This document shows, piece by piece, positions 47,987 to 58,733 of a DNA stretch of 64,000 bases. Positions within the stretch are counted from its first letter, which is position 1. Each line of letters begins with the position of its first letter. This DNA comes from Spirochaetia bacterium. GTDB taxonomy: Bacteria > Spirochaetota > Spirochaetia > SZUA-6 > Bin103. The stretch covers positions 2,208,001 to 2,272,000 of the forward strand of contig CBDBDQ010000005.1 in NCBI GenBank assembly GCA_965203905.1, read 5' to 3'. The notes beneath the pieces were generated by a model. That model searched no databases. It had not been told where the DNA came from and saw only the letters and a program-made list of their open reading frames with translations. The translations under genes and the position numbers were made by a program.

Positions 47987-49021
47987 CTACTCCACCGCCT
48001 TGAGGCTGAGCTCCTTGGCGAAGTGGCAGGCGGAGAAGTGGCCCGGTTCCACTTCCTGCCATTCCGGCTCGACGGTCTTGCACTCGTCCTTGGCGTAGAC
48101 GCAACGCGGATGGAAGTAGCAGCCGGAGGGCGGGTTGGCGGGGTTGGCCACCTCGCCGGGGAGGATGATGCGGTCCATCTTGGTCTCCGGATCGGGCTGC
48201 GGCACCGCCGACAGCAGCGCCTCGGTGTAGGGGTGCTTGGGGTTGCCGAACAACTGCTCGGTGGAGGCCAGCTCCACCATCTTGCCGACGTACATCACGC
48301 CGACGCGGTCGGAGATGTGCTCGATGACGCTCAGGTCGTGGGCGATGAACAGGTAGGTGAGGTTGAACTCCGCCTGCAGATCCTGCAGCAGGTTCAGAAT
48401 CTGCGCCTGGATCGACACGTCGAGCGCCGACACCGCCTCGTCGCAGACGATGAACTCCGGCCGCGGCGCCAGGGCGCGGGCGATGCCGATGCGTTGGCGC
48501 TGGCCCCCGCTGAAAGCGTGCGGATAGCGCTTGAGGTGCTTGACCTCGAGTCCCACCACCCGCATCAGCTCCTTGACCCGGTCCTCCAGCTCCTGCCCCT
48601 TGGCGAGGCTGTTGGACACCAGCGGCTCGGCCACGATGTCGAGCACCGTCATGCGCGGGTCCAGCGAGGAGTAGGGATCCTGGAAGATCATCTGCATGTG
48701 GCGGCGGATCGCGCGCAGCCGCTTCTTGTCGAGCTGGGTGATGTCGAGCCGCTCGTCGGAGGCGCTGAACTGGAAGTTGACGCTGCCGTCGGTGGGCTCG
48801 ATGGCGCGCAGGATGCAGCGGCCCAGCGTGGTCTTGCCGCAGCCCGACTCGCCCACCAGGCCCAGGGTCTCGCCCTCGTTGATGTAGAGGTTGATGCGGT
48901 CGACGGCCTTGACGTGGCCGGTGACCCGGCGCAGAAAGCCCTTCTCGATGGGGAAGTACTTGCGTAGTTGATCTACTTCCAGCAGCCGGCGGCTGCCGTT
49001 GCCGTTGTTGGCGTCACTCAT
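47987..49021 (-). CDS. peptide ABC ATP-binding protein (OppF/DppF)
   Basis: [20 protein letters not shown] and GCYFHPRC. Confidence 0.95.
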   Translation of the reverse strand: MSDANNGNGSRRLLEVDQLRKYFPIEKGFLRRVTGHVKAVDRINLYINEGETLGLVGESGCGKTTLGRCILRAIEPTDGSVNFQFSASDERLDITQLDKKRLRAIRRHMQMIFQDPYSSLDPRMTVLDIVAEPLVSNSLAKGQELEDRVKELMRVVGLEVKHLKRYPHAFSGGQRQRIGIARALAPRPEFIVCDEAVSALDVSIQAQILNLLQDLQAEFNLTYLFIAHDLSVIEHISDRVGVMYVGKMVELASTEQLFGNPKHPYTEALLSAVPQPDPETKMDRIILPGEVANPANPPSGCYFHPRCVYAKDECKTVEPEWQEVEPGHFSACHFAKELSLKAVE

Positions 49022-50067
49022 GCTCTCGCTCCTGCCAGTTGTGCCGTAGCCGCTTCCGCGTCCGGCTCACGCTCTTCGCTGTGGAGGTAACAGCGTACCC
49101 GGTGATCCGCTCCGTATTCCACCAGCGCCGGAATGTCGTCGTTGCACTTGCCGTCCATGGCATCCGGACAGCGACTGAAGAACCCGCACTCGCGCGGCGG
49201 ATCCAGCGGGATGGGGACGGTGCCCTGAATCGCGTCCAGCCGCTTTTTCGCCTCCTTGCCCATGCGCGGGATCGACTTCAGCAGCAGGCGGGTGTAGGGG
49301 TGCAGCGGATTGCGGAAGATCTCCCTGGTCTCGGCGTGCTCGACGACGCGCCCCAGGTACATTACCGCCACCTCGTCGGCGATTTCGGCGATCACGCCCA
49401 GGTCGTGGGTGATGTAGAGGATCGCCATGCCGAACTGCTCCTGGAGGTGCGCCATGAGGTCCAGGATCTGCGCCTGCACCGTGACGTCCAGGGCGGTGGT
49501 GGGCTCATCGGCGATCAGCAGCGCGGGGTTGCAGGAAAGCGCCATGGCGATCATGGCGCGCTGGCGCAGGCCGCCGGAGAGCTGGTGCGGATACTCGTCG
49601 ATGCGCTGGCTGGGGTTGGGGATTCCGACCCGGTCCAGCATGTCGACGGCCAGCTCGTGGGCCTCGCTCTTGTTGTCGGTCTTGTGCAGCAGGATCGCCT
49701 CTTCGATCTGGTTGCCGATGGTGTGAACCGGCGACAGGCTGGTCATCGGCTCCTGGAAGATCATCGAGATCTCCTTGCCGCGGATCGAGCGCACCGACTG
49801 GCCGAACGGGTCGAGCTCGGTGAGATCGACCGCCTCGTGGCCTTCGCGGTTGAGCGTGATCGAACCCGACTTGATCTCGCCGGGTGGCGGCACGATGCGC
49901 AGAATCGACTGCGCCGTCACGCTCTTGCCGCAGCCGCTCTCGCCGATGATGCCGAGGGTCTTCTTCGGTGCCACCGAGAAGCTCACGCCATCGACCGCCT
50001 TGAGGGTACCCTCTTCGAGCTTGAAGTAGGTGCGCAGGTCCTTGACTTCGAGAACAGGAGTCTCCAC
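49018..50067 (-). CDS. peptide ABC ATP-binding protein (OppD/DppD)
   Basis: [16 protein letters not shown] and DEPTTALD. Confidence 0.95.
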   Translation of the reverse strand: METPVLEVKDLRTYFKLEEGTLKAVDGVSFSVAPKKTLGIIGESGCGKSVTAQSILRIVPPPGEIKSGSITLNREGHEAVDLTELDPFGQSVRSIRGKEISMIFQEPMTSLSPVHTIGNQIEEAILLHKTDNKSEAHELAVDMLDRVGIPNPSQRIDEYPHQLSGGLRQRAMIAMALSCNPALLIADEPTTALDVTVQAQILDLMAHLQEQFGMAILYITHDLGVIAEIADEVAVMYLGRVVEHAETREIFRNPLHPYTRLLLKSIPRMGKEAKKRLDAIQGTVPIPLDPPRECGFFSRCPDAMDGKCNDDIPALVEYGADHRVRCYLHSEEREPDAEAATAQLAGARA

Positions 50068-50290
50068 AGCAGTTTCCTTCTCAGGCAGATTGCCCTGACC
50101 GCAAGCCGCAGCGGCAGCAGCCTAGCAAGCCGGCCAATTGTAATGGACCGCCCGGAGAAGTCAACCCGCCGCCGCCAATCGTCGCGATCGTCGTGCACTG
50201 GACAGAGTGCCGGCCGCGGGATAGGATCGGAACTCACTCTGCCCGCTGTGGGCAAGCTCACGAACAGCGTATCAAGGAGGATTGACTGAC

Positions 50291-52282
50291 GTGACGAAAT
50301 ATCTGCATTTGCCGGTAGTGCTGGCACTGCTGGTGGCGGCTACCACCGCCTGGGGTGCCGGCGAAGGCGAGACCGGCGCGGCCGCTACGACCGAGCAGTC
50401 GGCCATGGCCGACATGGAGCTGATGCCCGACCCCACGGGGCGGCAGAAGTACGCGGTGCCGAAGACCTTTACCGAGTCGCCGTTGCTCGCCGCGCGCGTG
50501 GCAGCGGGCGAGTTGCCGCCGCTCGAGGAGCGCATTCCGCCCGAGCCGTTCGTGGTCGGCCCCGGGGTGTTGAACTCCGAGCCGTGGCTGGACTGGGAAG
50601 TGGGCCAGCACGGCGGCACCATCCGCGTACCGAACCTGAACAACAGCGGCGTGCACGAGATCTACCTGGCACTCGGCATGTCGATCCTGCGCGCTCCCGA
50701 TCAGAGCACCAAGGATCCGCTGCCGGCGATCGTCAGCGAGTACGACATCAGCGAAGACTACCGGAAGTTCTGCTTCACCATTCGCGAGGGGTTGCGCTGG
50801 TCTGACGGCCACCTGGTGACCACCGAAGACGTACGCATGACCTTCGAGCTTTACGCCGACGAGCGCATCTACCCGACCTTCTACTTCCGCGCCGCCGCTC
50901 CCGACGGCACGCCGCCGGTGGTCACCATCATCGACGACCTGTCGTTCTGCGTGGAGTTCAACCAGCCGTACGGCTTCTTCCTGGCGAACCTGTCGTCGTG
51001 GATCCCCGACTACACGCTGCTGTTCCGGCCGGCGCACTTCATCAAGCAGTTCCACGCCGACTACACCCCGATGGAGGAGATCCAGCCGATCCTGGACGAG
51101 CTGGAGCTGGAGACCTGGGAGCAGCTCGTGCAGCAGAAGGACATGCCGCACTGGGAGCTGCACCGCGCGCACGGGCTGGACGTGCCGTCGCTGGCCCCCT
51201 GGGTCGGCATCGAGGCCACCAGCACCGGCTACAAGCTGGAGCGCAACCCCTACTACTGGAAGGTCGACGTGGCCGGCAACCAGCTCCCCTACGTGGACTA
51301 CATCGTCGCCGAGAACTCCGCCGACCTGGAGGCGATCAAGCTGAACACCGCCGCCGGCGAGTACGACGTGGTGACCAGCTACGCCCAGCTCAAGGAGCTG
51401 CCGATCTACCTGGAGAACGCCGACAAGGGCATCGCCACGGTGCTGCACGGCTCGATCAACAATCCGCCGGTGCTGTTCCTCAACCAGGACTTCGAGTACG
51501 ACAAGCCGGACTCCGTATGGCAGGTGCTGGTGAACGACAACCGCTTCGGCAAGGCGCTGGCGCTGGCCGTCGACAAGGACGACGTCAACGAGAACGTCTA
51601 CTTCGGCCAGTACAAGCTGGACACCATCACCGACCGCGAGTACGACCCCGCACAGGCCAACGAGCTGCTCGACGCGGTCGGCATGGACCAGCGCGACGCG
51701 GACGGCTTCCGCCTGGGCACCGACGGCAACCCGTTCACCCTCGACATCATCACCGCCAATATCTCCCCTGACTTCCTGCTGGTGGGCGAATTGATGAAGG
51801 GGTACTTCGAAGAGGTGGGCGTGCGCACCGCGTTCACCGTGCTGGGTAGAGAGATCTGGAGTCAGCGCCAAGCCAACAACGAGCACATGACCACCATCCT
51901 CTGGGCCGACCGTCCGATCTGGGCACCAGGCATCTCCGAGGACTTCGGGCCCTACGCCAAGGGTCGCTGGGCGCGTCAGTCCTACCTCTACTACAACACC
52001 GGCGGGGAGACCGGCCGCAAGCCGCCTCCGTACATGGAGGAGTACTTCGAGCTGGTGGAGGCGTGGAAGGTGTACCCACCGCAGTCGCCGCAGGGCGAGG
52101 CGGCGTTCGCCGATCTGATGGACTGGTTCAGTCGCAACTATACCGCCATCTGGCCCACCGGCAGCATGACGGTACCCACGGTGTACAACGCCGACCTGGG
52201 CAACGTGATCAAGGAGGGCTACCCGTTCGACCGGGCGCTGGACTACGGCATGGAGCAACTTTTCTACCGCACGTTGAATTAG
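50291..52282 (+). CDS. ABC substrate-binding protein (family 5, oligosaccharide-binding-like)
   Basis: AGGAGG at 50275-50280, signal peptide, GELPPLEERIP and ERNPYYWKVD..GNQLPY. Confidence 0.92.
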   Translation: MTKYLHLPVVLALLVAATTAWGAGEGETGAAATTEQSAMADMELMPDPTGRQKYAVPKTFTESPLLAARVAAGELPPLEERIPPEPFVVGPGVLNSEPWLDWEVGQHGGTIRVPNLNNSGVHEIYLALGMSILRAPDQSTKDPLPAIVSEYDISEDYRKFCFTIREGLRWSDGHLVTTEDVRMTFELYADERIYPTFYFRAAAPDGTPPVVTIIDDLSFCVEFNQPYGFFLANLSSWIPDYTLLFRPAHFIKQFHADYTPMEEIQPILDELELETWEQLVQQKDMPHWELHRAHGLDVPSLAPWVGIEATSTGYKLERNPYYWKVDVAGNQLPYVDYIVAENSADLEAIKLNTAAGEYDVVTSYAQLKELPIYLENADKGIATVLHGSINNPPVLFLNQDFEYDKPDSVWQVLVNDNRFGKALALAVDKDDVNENVYFGQYKLDTITDREYDPAQANELLDAVGMDQRDADGFRLGTDGNPFTLDIITANISPDFLLVGELMKGYFEEVGVRTAFTVLGREIWSQRQANNEHMTTILWADRPIWAPGISEDFGPYAKGRWARQSYLYYNTGGETGRKPPPYMEEYFELVEAWKVYPPQSPQGEAAFADLMDWFSRNYTAIWPTGSMTVPTVYNADLGNVIKEGYPFDRALDYGMEQLFYRTLN

Positions 52283-52317
52283 GCCGTTCGCCTCCCCTGA
52301 CGGTACCGACACGAACC

Positions 52318-52346
52318 AATGGGCGGGGAGTCTTTCCCCGCCCGTT
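52318..52346 (+). terminator. intercistronic hairpin after SBP gene
   Basis: AATGGGCGGGGAG-tct-TTCCCCGCCCGTT. Confidence 0.55.
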
Positions 52347-52363
52347 CCTCTGAGTGACCGCGC

Positions 52364-53362
52364 GTGCTCGCCTTCATCCGTCAACGTTGCTTCATCGCCA
52401 TCCCGTTGCTGGCGATGATCTCTATCGTCTCTTTCGGCGTGATCCTGCTGCCCCCGGGCAGCTACGTGGAGACTTATCTCCAACGTCTGGAGGAACAGGG
52501 CTTCCTGCGCGACGAAAGCGTTGTCGAACAGCTCTACCGGCAGTACGGGCTGGACCGCGGCCCCGTGGAGCAGTATGCGCTCTGGATGCGCAACTTCCTG
52601 TTGAAGGGGGAAATGGGGCGCTCCTTCACCTACGAGATGCCGGTTACGGATATCATTCTGGAGCGCCTGCCGCTGTCGCTCGCCTTCACCTTCGCGGCGT
52701 TCGCGGTGACCTGGATCATCGCCGTTCCGATCGGCATCTACTCCGCGGTGCGGCAGTACTCGCTCACCGACTACCTGGCGACCACCGTGAGCTTCATCGG
52801 CCTGGCGGTGCCCAATTTCCTGTTGGCGCTGGGGCTGGCTTACCTGGTATTCGTGTACTCCGGGCATGCCATCACCAGCCTGTACTCGCTGGAGTTCCGC
52901 AACGCCCCGTGGTCTCTGGCCAAGGTGGCCGACGTAGCCAAGAACGCCTGGCTGGGGGTGGTGGTGATCGCGGTGGGCGGCACCGCTCCCCTGGTGCGGA
53001 TCCTGCGCGGCACCCTGCTCGACGAGTTGAAGAAACTGTACGTCACCACGGCGCGCGCCAAGGGACTGCGCGAGACCCGCGTCATCTTCAAGTACCCGGT
53101 GCGCATCGCCTTCAACCCGCTGATCAGCACCATCGGCTGGACCTTGCCCGCCCTGGTCAGCGGCGAGGTGATCGTGTCGCGGGTGCTGGGGCTGGAGACG
53201 CTGGGACCGGTGCTGCTGGAAGGGGCGCTGTCGGAGGACATGTACCTGGTGGGCAGCATCGTGATGATCCTGAGCGCGCTGGTCATTATTGGCACCCTGG
53301 TGTCCGACATTCTGCTGGCGGTGATCGATCCCCGCATCCGCTTCGGACGGGGCGCCGGATAG
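52364..53362 (+). CDS. ABC permease (DppB-like)
   Basis: LPPGSY, YVTTARAKG and DPRIR. Confidence 0.93.
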   Translation: MLAFIRQRCFIAIPLLAMISIVSFGVILLPPGSYVETYLQRLEEQGFLRDESVVEQLYRQYGLDRGPVEQYALWMRNFLLKGEMGRSFTYEMPVTDIILERLPLSLAFTFAAFAVTWIIAVPIGIYSAVRQYSLTDYLATTVSFIGLAVPNFLLALGLAYLVFVYSGHAITSLYSLEFRNAPWSLAKVADVAKNAWLGVVVIAVGGTAPLVRILRGTLLDELKKLYVTTARAKGLRETRVIFKYPVRIAFNPLISTIGWTLPALVSGEVIVSRVLGLETLGPVLLEGALSEDMYLVGSIVMILSALVIIGTLVSDILLAVIDPRIRFGRGAG

Positions 53363-53381
53363 TGGCTCGACCAGCGACAGC

Positions 53382-54554
53382 GTGACTCGGACCCGCCCGC
53401 CGGCGGCGGAGCCGGCCGCAACCTCACCCGCGGCGACGGCCGTCAGCGAGGTGACCGGGGCCGAGGAGCGCGCCTTCGTCGCCTCGCAGGCGCAACTGGT
53501 GTGGCGCAGGTTCCGGCGCCACAAGCTGGCGTTGATGGCGATCGTGGTGCTCGGCGCGCTCTACTTCGCGTCGATATTCGCCGAGTTCGTCACCCCCTAT
53601 CCGGCGCTGCATCGTTTCAAGGAGTACGGCGAAGCACCGCCGACCCGTATCCATTTCGTCAGCCCCACCCGCGGCCTGAGCCGGCCGTTCGTGTTCGCCA
53701 CGGCGCGCGAACTGGACAAGGCCACCTTCAAGTACCAGTACATTCCCCAGCGCGACCAGGAGCACGTGATTCGCTTCTTCGTGCGGGCCGAGGAGCCGTT
53801 CCACCTGCTCGGATTCATCTCCTGGCAGGTCAAGCTGTTCGGGGTCGAGGACCCGTCGGTGCCGCTGTTCCTGTTTGGCTCCGACCGGCTCGGGCGCGAC
53901 GTGTTCTCGCGCATTTTCTACGCCGGACGCATCTCGCTGTTCATCGGCTTCGGCGGGGTGTTTGTCGCGTTCGTCCTCGGGGTGATCCTGGGCGGCATCT
54001 CGGGCTATTACGGAGGCGTCGCGGACGAGGTGATCCAGCGCCTCATCGAGATGCTGCTGAGCATTCCAACCATCCCGCTGTGGATCGCGCTGTCGGCCGC
54101 CCTGCCCCACGACTGGGGCATCCTCAAGATCTACTTCGCCATCACGCTGATCCTGGCGCTGCAGAGCTGGACCGGCCTCGCGCGGGTGGTGCGCGGCAAG
54201 CTGATCAGCCTGCGCGAGGAGGACTTCGTGATGGCGGCCCAGGTTGCGGCCGCCAAGAACGGCGCCATCATCAGGCGCCACCTGATTCCCGGATTCACCA
54301 GCTACCTGATCACCCATCTCACCCTGGCAATCCCCGGCATGATCATCGGCGAGACCGCGCTCAGCTTCCTCGGGCTGGGCATCCGCCCGCCGGCGGTGAG
54401 CTGGGGCACGCTGCTGCAGGACGCGCAGTCGATCTCGGCGCTCGGCCTGACGCCGTGGCTGATGATCCCCGGCGCATTCGTGCTGCTGGCGGTGCTGATG
54501 TTCAACTTCATCGGCGACGGCCTCCGCGACGCCGCCGACCCCTACGCCACCTGA
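53382..54554 (+). CDS. ABC permease (DppC-like)
   Basis: WRRFRRHK, GSDRLGRD and GDGLRDAADP. Confidence 0.93.
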   Translation: MTRTRPPAAEPAATSPAATAVSEVTGAEERAFVASQAQLVWRRFRRHKLALMAIVVLGALYFASIFAEFVTPYPALHRFKEYGEAPPTRIHFVSPTRGLSRPFVFATARELDKATFKYQYIPQRDQEHVIRFFVRAEEPFHLLGFISWQVKLFGVEDPSVPLFLFGSDRLGRDVFSRIFYAGRISLFIGFGGVFVAFVLGVILGGISGYYGGVADEVIQRLIEMLLSIPTIPLWIALSAALPHDWGILKIYFAITLILALQSWTGLARVVRGKLISLREEDFVMAAQVAAAKNGAIIRRHLIPGFTSYLITHLTLAIPGMIIGETALSFLGLGIRPPAVSWGTLLQDAQSISALGLTPWLMIPGAFVLLAVLMFNFIGDGLRDAADPYAT

Positions 54555-54581
54555 TCGCCGCCACCGGGACGCGGCCGCCGG

Positions 54582-55457
54582 TCAGGCCAGGCGCGCGTCC
54601 GGTACCCGGGTCTGAGGCAGCGGCTCCGCGGCACCGGAGTAGTCCGGGAGCAGCGGCTCCACCAGCGCCCACTGCGCATCGCTCCAGCTCTCCGGCCTGG
54701 TTGCCGCCGAGTCCCAGGGGGCGGCGCCAGTCTGATTCCGGGCGTAGGCGGCCTGCATGCCCGCCGGCAGCAAGTCGTACGTCGGGCAGAACCACAGCAC
54801 GATCACGGTTCGCCGCTGCCGCGAACGGTTCGGGTGGGCCGAGTGCAGCAGGCGCGAATCGCCGATCACCAGGTCGCCCGCCAGCACCGGCACGTCCGCC
54901 TCGTCGGGATCGGGCGCCAGCGCGGGATGTCCCGGCTGCGCCTCGGCTCGTTGCAGCACCTCCCGGTCGCGCGGGGGCAGCGCGTGCAGCCGGTGGCGCC
55001 GGCGGTGCGATCCCGGGATCACCCGCAGGCAGCCGTTGGCGCGGTTGGTGTCGACCAGGTAGTACATCAGGAAGAACTGGTGCGGCACGTCGGTATAGCT
55101 GATCGGCTGGTCCCAGAAAATGCCGTCCTGGTGCCAGTACAGGGCGGGGCCGGTCTCGGGCCACTTGCTGATGCAGAAGCCGGTGTAGTACCGGGGCCGC
55201 GGGTAGCCCAGCGCCGCCAGCGCGTCCAGGCCGGCCGGCAGGCCGATGAGCGGCGCCAGCTCGGGGAGCTTCCAGAGCTCGACGCTGGTGTGCTGGATCC
55301 GCTCCCCAGGGTCGGTTCCGGCTTCCGCCGCCTCCATCACCCGGTCGGCAACCTGCCGCGCCTCGGCGATCAGTGCAGCCGGTGCCACGCCCGGGATGCG
55401 GCAGAAGCCGTCCGCGATCAACTGCCGGCGATACTCGCGCGCTGCGCCCGTGGTCAT
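54582..55457 (-). CDS. phytanoyl-CoA dioxygenase (PhyH) family Fe(II)/2OG enzyme
   Basis: WHQD, NGCLRVIPGSH and LLHSA..N...RR. Confidence 0.92.
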   Translation of the reverse strand: MTTGAAREYRRQLIADGFCRIPGVAPAALIAEARQVADRVMEAAEAGTDPGERIQHTSVELWKLPELAPLIGLPAGLDALAALGYPRPRYYTGFCISKWPETGPALYWHQDGIFWDQPISYTDVPHQFFLMYYLVDTNRANGCLRVIPGSHRRRHRLHALPPRDREVLQRAEAQPGHPALAPDPDEADVPVLAGDLVIGDSRLLHSAHPNRSRQRRTVIVLWFCPTYDLLPAGMQAAYARNQTGAAPWDSAATRPESWSDAQWALVEPLLPDYSGAAEPLPQTRVPDARLA

Positions 55458-56488
55458 GGCTGGACAATCGCCAGCTCGGTCAGGCACACGCGCCGTCCCT
55501 GCTGCACGCTGCGCACCGCGGCGTAGGTCATGGCCATGGTCTTGAGGTTGTCGCGGCTGCTGCACTCCGGCTCACGTCCGCTCTCGAGGGCGCCCAGGAA
55601 CTCTTCCAGGGCCGCTACCTTCGGGACCTCGGGAGCCGCGGGCGGACATGCGAGCTGGGTACGCTGCGGGCGCGGCGTGCGGTGCTCGTGGGTCAGGAAC
55701 ACGCGCTCATCCTCCCAGGTGACGCTCCCGCGCGGGCCCTCGATGCGCCAGTTGCCCGACCAGGACGTGCGGGCGCCGTTGCTGCAACCCATGGCGCGAT
55801 GGACCGCCATCAGCCCGCCGGGGAACTCGAACACCGCGACGTGACTGGCGTCGCCCGCGTGCCAACCCCACGCCGGGTTCCAGGAGATCACCCGCACCGC
55901 CTCGGGCTCGGCGCCCAGCACGTAGCGCATGGTGTCGAAGTGATGGCAGCCCATGTCCAGCAGGAACATGTGCGGCTGGGTCACGTAGTGGCTGCCCGGC
56001 GTGTCGGCCCAGGGTGCGAAGAGGGAAATGTCGAGCTGCCCCGGCTCGCCGATGACGCCGTCGGCCAGCATGCGGCGCGTCAGCCGCGGCTGGGGTGCGA
56101 ACCGCTGCTGCTGGGTGATCATGTGGATGCATCCGGCACGCTCCGCCGCCGCCGCCATCTCGGCCGCCGCGCGGTAGCTGTCGCTCATCGGCTTTTCCCC
56201 CAGTACCGGGAGGCCGGCCATGAAGCTGGTCAGAGCGACACGCCGGTGCGACTCGGGGGAGGTCACATCCAGCACGAAATCGGGAGCCGTCGCGTCGATG
56301 GCCTGCTCCAGCGAAGCGTGGACCGTGGCGGCCGGGATCTCCCATTCCGCGGCCGCGCGCCGCCGCGACTGTTCGCTGCGGCCCACGTAGGCGACGATCT
56401 CCAGCGCGGGATGCCGGCGGCAGATCCCGGCCCAGATCTCGCCGTGGCCGCCCAGCCCCACCAGCACGCCTCTCCGTTGCGCCGTCAA
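55454..56488 (-). CDS. Gfo/Idh/MocA family oxidoreductase
   Basis: VGLGGHG, EKPM and DMGCHHFD. Confidence 0.9.
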   Translation of the reverse strand: MTAQRRGVLVGLGGHGEIWAGICRRHPALEIVAYVGRSEQSRRRAAAEWEIPAATVHASLEQAIDATAPDFVLDVTSPESHRRVALTSFMAGLPVLGEKPMSDSYRAAAEMAAAAERAGCIHMITQQQRFAPQPRLTRRMLADGVIGEPGQLDISLFAPWADTPGSHYVTQPHMFLLDMGCHHFDTMRYVLGAEPEAVRVISWNPAWGWHAGDASHVAVFEFPGGLMAVHRAMGCSNGARTSWSGNWRIEGPRGSVTWEDERVFLTHEHRTPRPQRTQLACPPAAPEVPKVAALEEFLGALESGREPECSSRDNLKTMAMTYAAVRSVQQGRRVCLTELAIVQP

Positions 56489-56498
56489 TGCAGCACCC

Positions 56499-58106
56499 CT
56501 ACTCGCGGTAGAAACGCTCCAGGTCGCGCTGGATCCGTTCCCAGTCGGCGACCCCGGTGCGTTCGGAAAACCTGCCGTAGTCCTCGATCAGCCGGTCCCG
56601 AAGCTGGGGGTGTGCCGCCGCCACGTCGTGCAGCTCCACGCGATCGGCCTCCAGGTCGTACAGCTCCCACGGACCCGTGCGGCGCCCCCTTCCCACCGGG
56701 CCGGCGGTGAACCCCCTCGGTGCGCTGTAATAGGAGACCAGCTTCCACCTGCCGTGGCGCACGGCGCGGTTGCCCTCGTGCTCCAGGAACAGGGTCTCCG
56801 GGTTTTCCCGTTCGACACCCTTCATGTTGGGCACCAGCGAGCGGCTGTCGGTGGACAGGACGGGGTAGCCGCGCGCGTGCGACGGGTAGCGCGCGCCGGC
56901 CAGGTCGAGCACGGTAGCCATGATGTCCTTGACGTGGGCGTAGTAGCCGCGCTCGATACGGCCCTCCCGTATCAGCTTCGGGTAGTGGACGATGAACGGC
57001 GTGGCCGAGCCGCCCTCGTGCAGCCAGTGCTTGAACAGGCGGAACGGCGTGTTGGAGGCGTTGGCCCACGGCAGGAAGCAGGCCGTGTCGGATTCGCGGG
57101 GTCCGGCGGGCACGTCCGGCACCGGATCGTGGGATTCGGCACAGGCGCCGTTGTCGGACAGGAACATGATGACGGTGTTGTCCGGATCGCGCCGCTCGCG
57201 GATGGTGGCCAACAGCGCGCCGATGCCCTGGTCGACGCGGTCGATCATCGCAGCGTACACCGCCATCCGCAGGTCCCACTCCTCCTCGCTGAAGGTCCGG
57301 CCCTGCAGGTCGGGCCAACGGCCGATCTGCTCCCACGGCGGGCACTCGGGGTCCCGCGGCGACAGCTCCAGGTCCTGCGGAAACAGCCCCATCTCCTTCT
57401 GGCGCCGCAGGCGCCGCTCGCGGATCACGTCCCAGCCCACCTGGTACGAACCCCGGTACCTGGCGATGTCGGCGGGCCAGGCGTGCAGCGGCCAGTGCGG
57501 TGCGGTGTAGGCCAGGTACAGGAAGTAGGGACGCTCGGGGTCGGCCTCGGCCACGAACTCGGCGGCGTGGCGGGAGAAGTAGTCGGTGGTGTAGTAGTCC
57601 CCGGGCAACTCGGTTACCGGGGTCTCGCCGTCCAGGAGCTGCGCCATGGGCTCGGGCGCCCAGTAGTTGCAGGCGCCGCTGAGGATTCCGTAATAACGGT
57701 CGAAGCCACGGTCGGTGGGCCAGTTGGGGCGAAACGAGCCGACGTGCCACTTCCCGGACATGAAGGTCTGGTAGCCGTCGGCCTTGAGCGCCTCGGCCAG
57801 CGTGACGGTGTTGTTGCTCAGGTAGCCCTGGTAGGCGCCGCGGGCGATTGCGCGGTTGAAGTCGAGGTTGCGGTGGCCCTGGGAGGTCATGTGGCCGATG
57901 CCGGCACGGTGCGGATAGAGCCCGGTCAGCAGCGCCGCCCGGGTCGGGCAGCAGCGGGCGCAGTTGTAGAACTGGGTGTAGCGGATGCCCGCGGCCGCCA
58001 GGGAGTCGAGGTGCGGAGTGTCGATCTCGCCGCCGTAGCAGCCCAGGTCGGAATAGCCCATGTCATCCACCAGGATGACGATCACGTCGGGTCTGGAATC
58101 ACTCAT
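56499..58106 (-). CDS. arylsulfatase (Cys-type S1)
   Basis: ILVDDMGYSD, CCPTRAALLTG (CxPxR), GKWH, SDNG and ELYDL. Confidence 0.95.
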   Translation of the reverse strand: MSDSRPDVIVILVDDMGYSDLGCYGGEIDTPHLDSLAAAGIRYTQFYNCARCCPTRAALLTGLYPHRAGIGHMTSQGHRNLDFNRAIARGAYQGYLSNNTVTLAEALKADGYQTFMSGKWHVGSFRPNWPTDRGFDRYYGILSGACNYWAPEPMAQLLDGETPVTELPGDYYTTDYFSRHAAEFVAEADPERPYFLYLAYTAPHWPLHAWPADIARYRGSYQVGWDVIRERRLRRQKEMGLFPQDLELSPRDPECPPWEQIGRWPDLQGRTFSEEEWDLRMAVYAAMIDRVDQGIGALLATIRERRDPDNTVIMFLSDNGACAESHDPVPDVPAGPRESDTACFLPWANASNTPFRLFKHWLHEGGSATPFIVHYPKLIREGRIERGYYAHVKDIMATVLDLAGARYPSHARGYPVLSTDSRSLVPNMKGVERENPETLFLEHEGNRAVRHGRWKLVSYYSAPRGFTAGPVGRGRRTGPWELYDLEADRVELHDVAAAHPQLRDRLIEDYGRFSERTGVADWERIQRDLERFYRE

Positions 58107-58251
58107 ACGGAGCCTGTGAGCGTGGCAGCGTACACCGATTGCCGGCAGCCGTGCAGCCACCGGAGCCCGCCCCGCCCCCGCCCGCCGCCGCCACGCTACC
58201 GCCGGCGGGAAGTAGCCGCGGCGCGGCGGGCGCAGTATGATGGGCGGATAG

Positions 58252-58653
58252 ATGCTGCTGGTCCTGGTATCCTTCATTGCGTTCATCGCCCTGTTCGTGC
58301 TCGGCCTGCGCTGGGGCGTGGTGATCATCGGCAAGGTCCTGGGGCGCGTGGTGTACGACCGCCACCGCAACGCCGAGTACATCATCAACACCGGCCAGGT
58401 GCCGGACCAGTGGACCGAGCCCTACTTCAAGAAGATCGACGAGGTGCGCAAGCTGAAGCAGGTCGACGAGACCGAGCGCGAGCGCAAGATCTCGGTCCTG
58501 GAGCGCCGCGCCAAGCGCAACTCGATCAAGCGGATCGACGACCTGTTGCGTTATTTTTCGCGGGCGCCGGTATTTGCCGACGACCATTCGCGCCGGGTGC
58601 TGATGGAGCAGTTGGAATCGGCCAAGGCACAGTGGCTCAAGTACGTGCAGTAG
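58252..58653 (+). CDS. hypothetical membrane-anchored protein
   Basis: N-terminal TM helix, charged helical remainder, and host-like codon usage. Confidence 0.75.
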   Translation: MLLVLVSFIAFIALFVLGLRWGVVIIGKVLGRVVYDRHRNAEYIINTGQVPDQWTEPYFKKIDEVRKLKQVDETERERKISVLERRAKRNSIKRIDDLLRYFSRAPVFADDHSRRVLMEQLESAKAQWLKYVQ

Positions 58654-58733
58654 GCAGCGCACTACCGGGCGCAGCGCCCGTCATCTGACGAATAATTCGC
58701 CGCGCGACCGATGCGGGCGGTACATTGCGGGCG

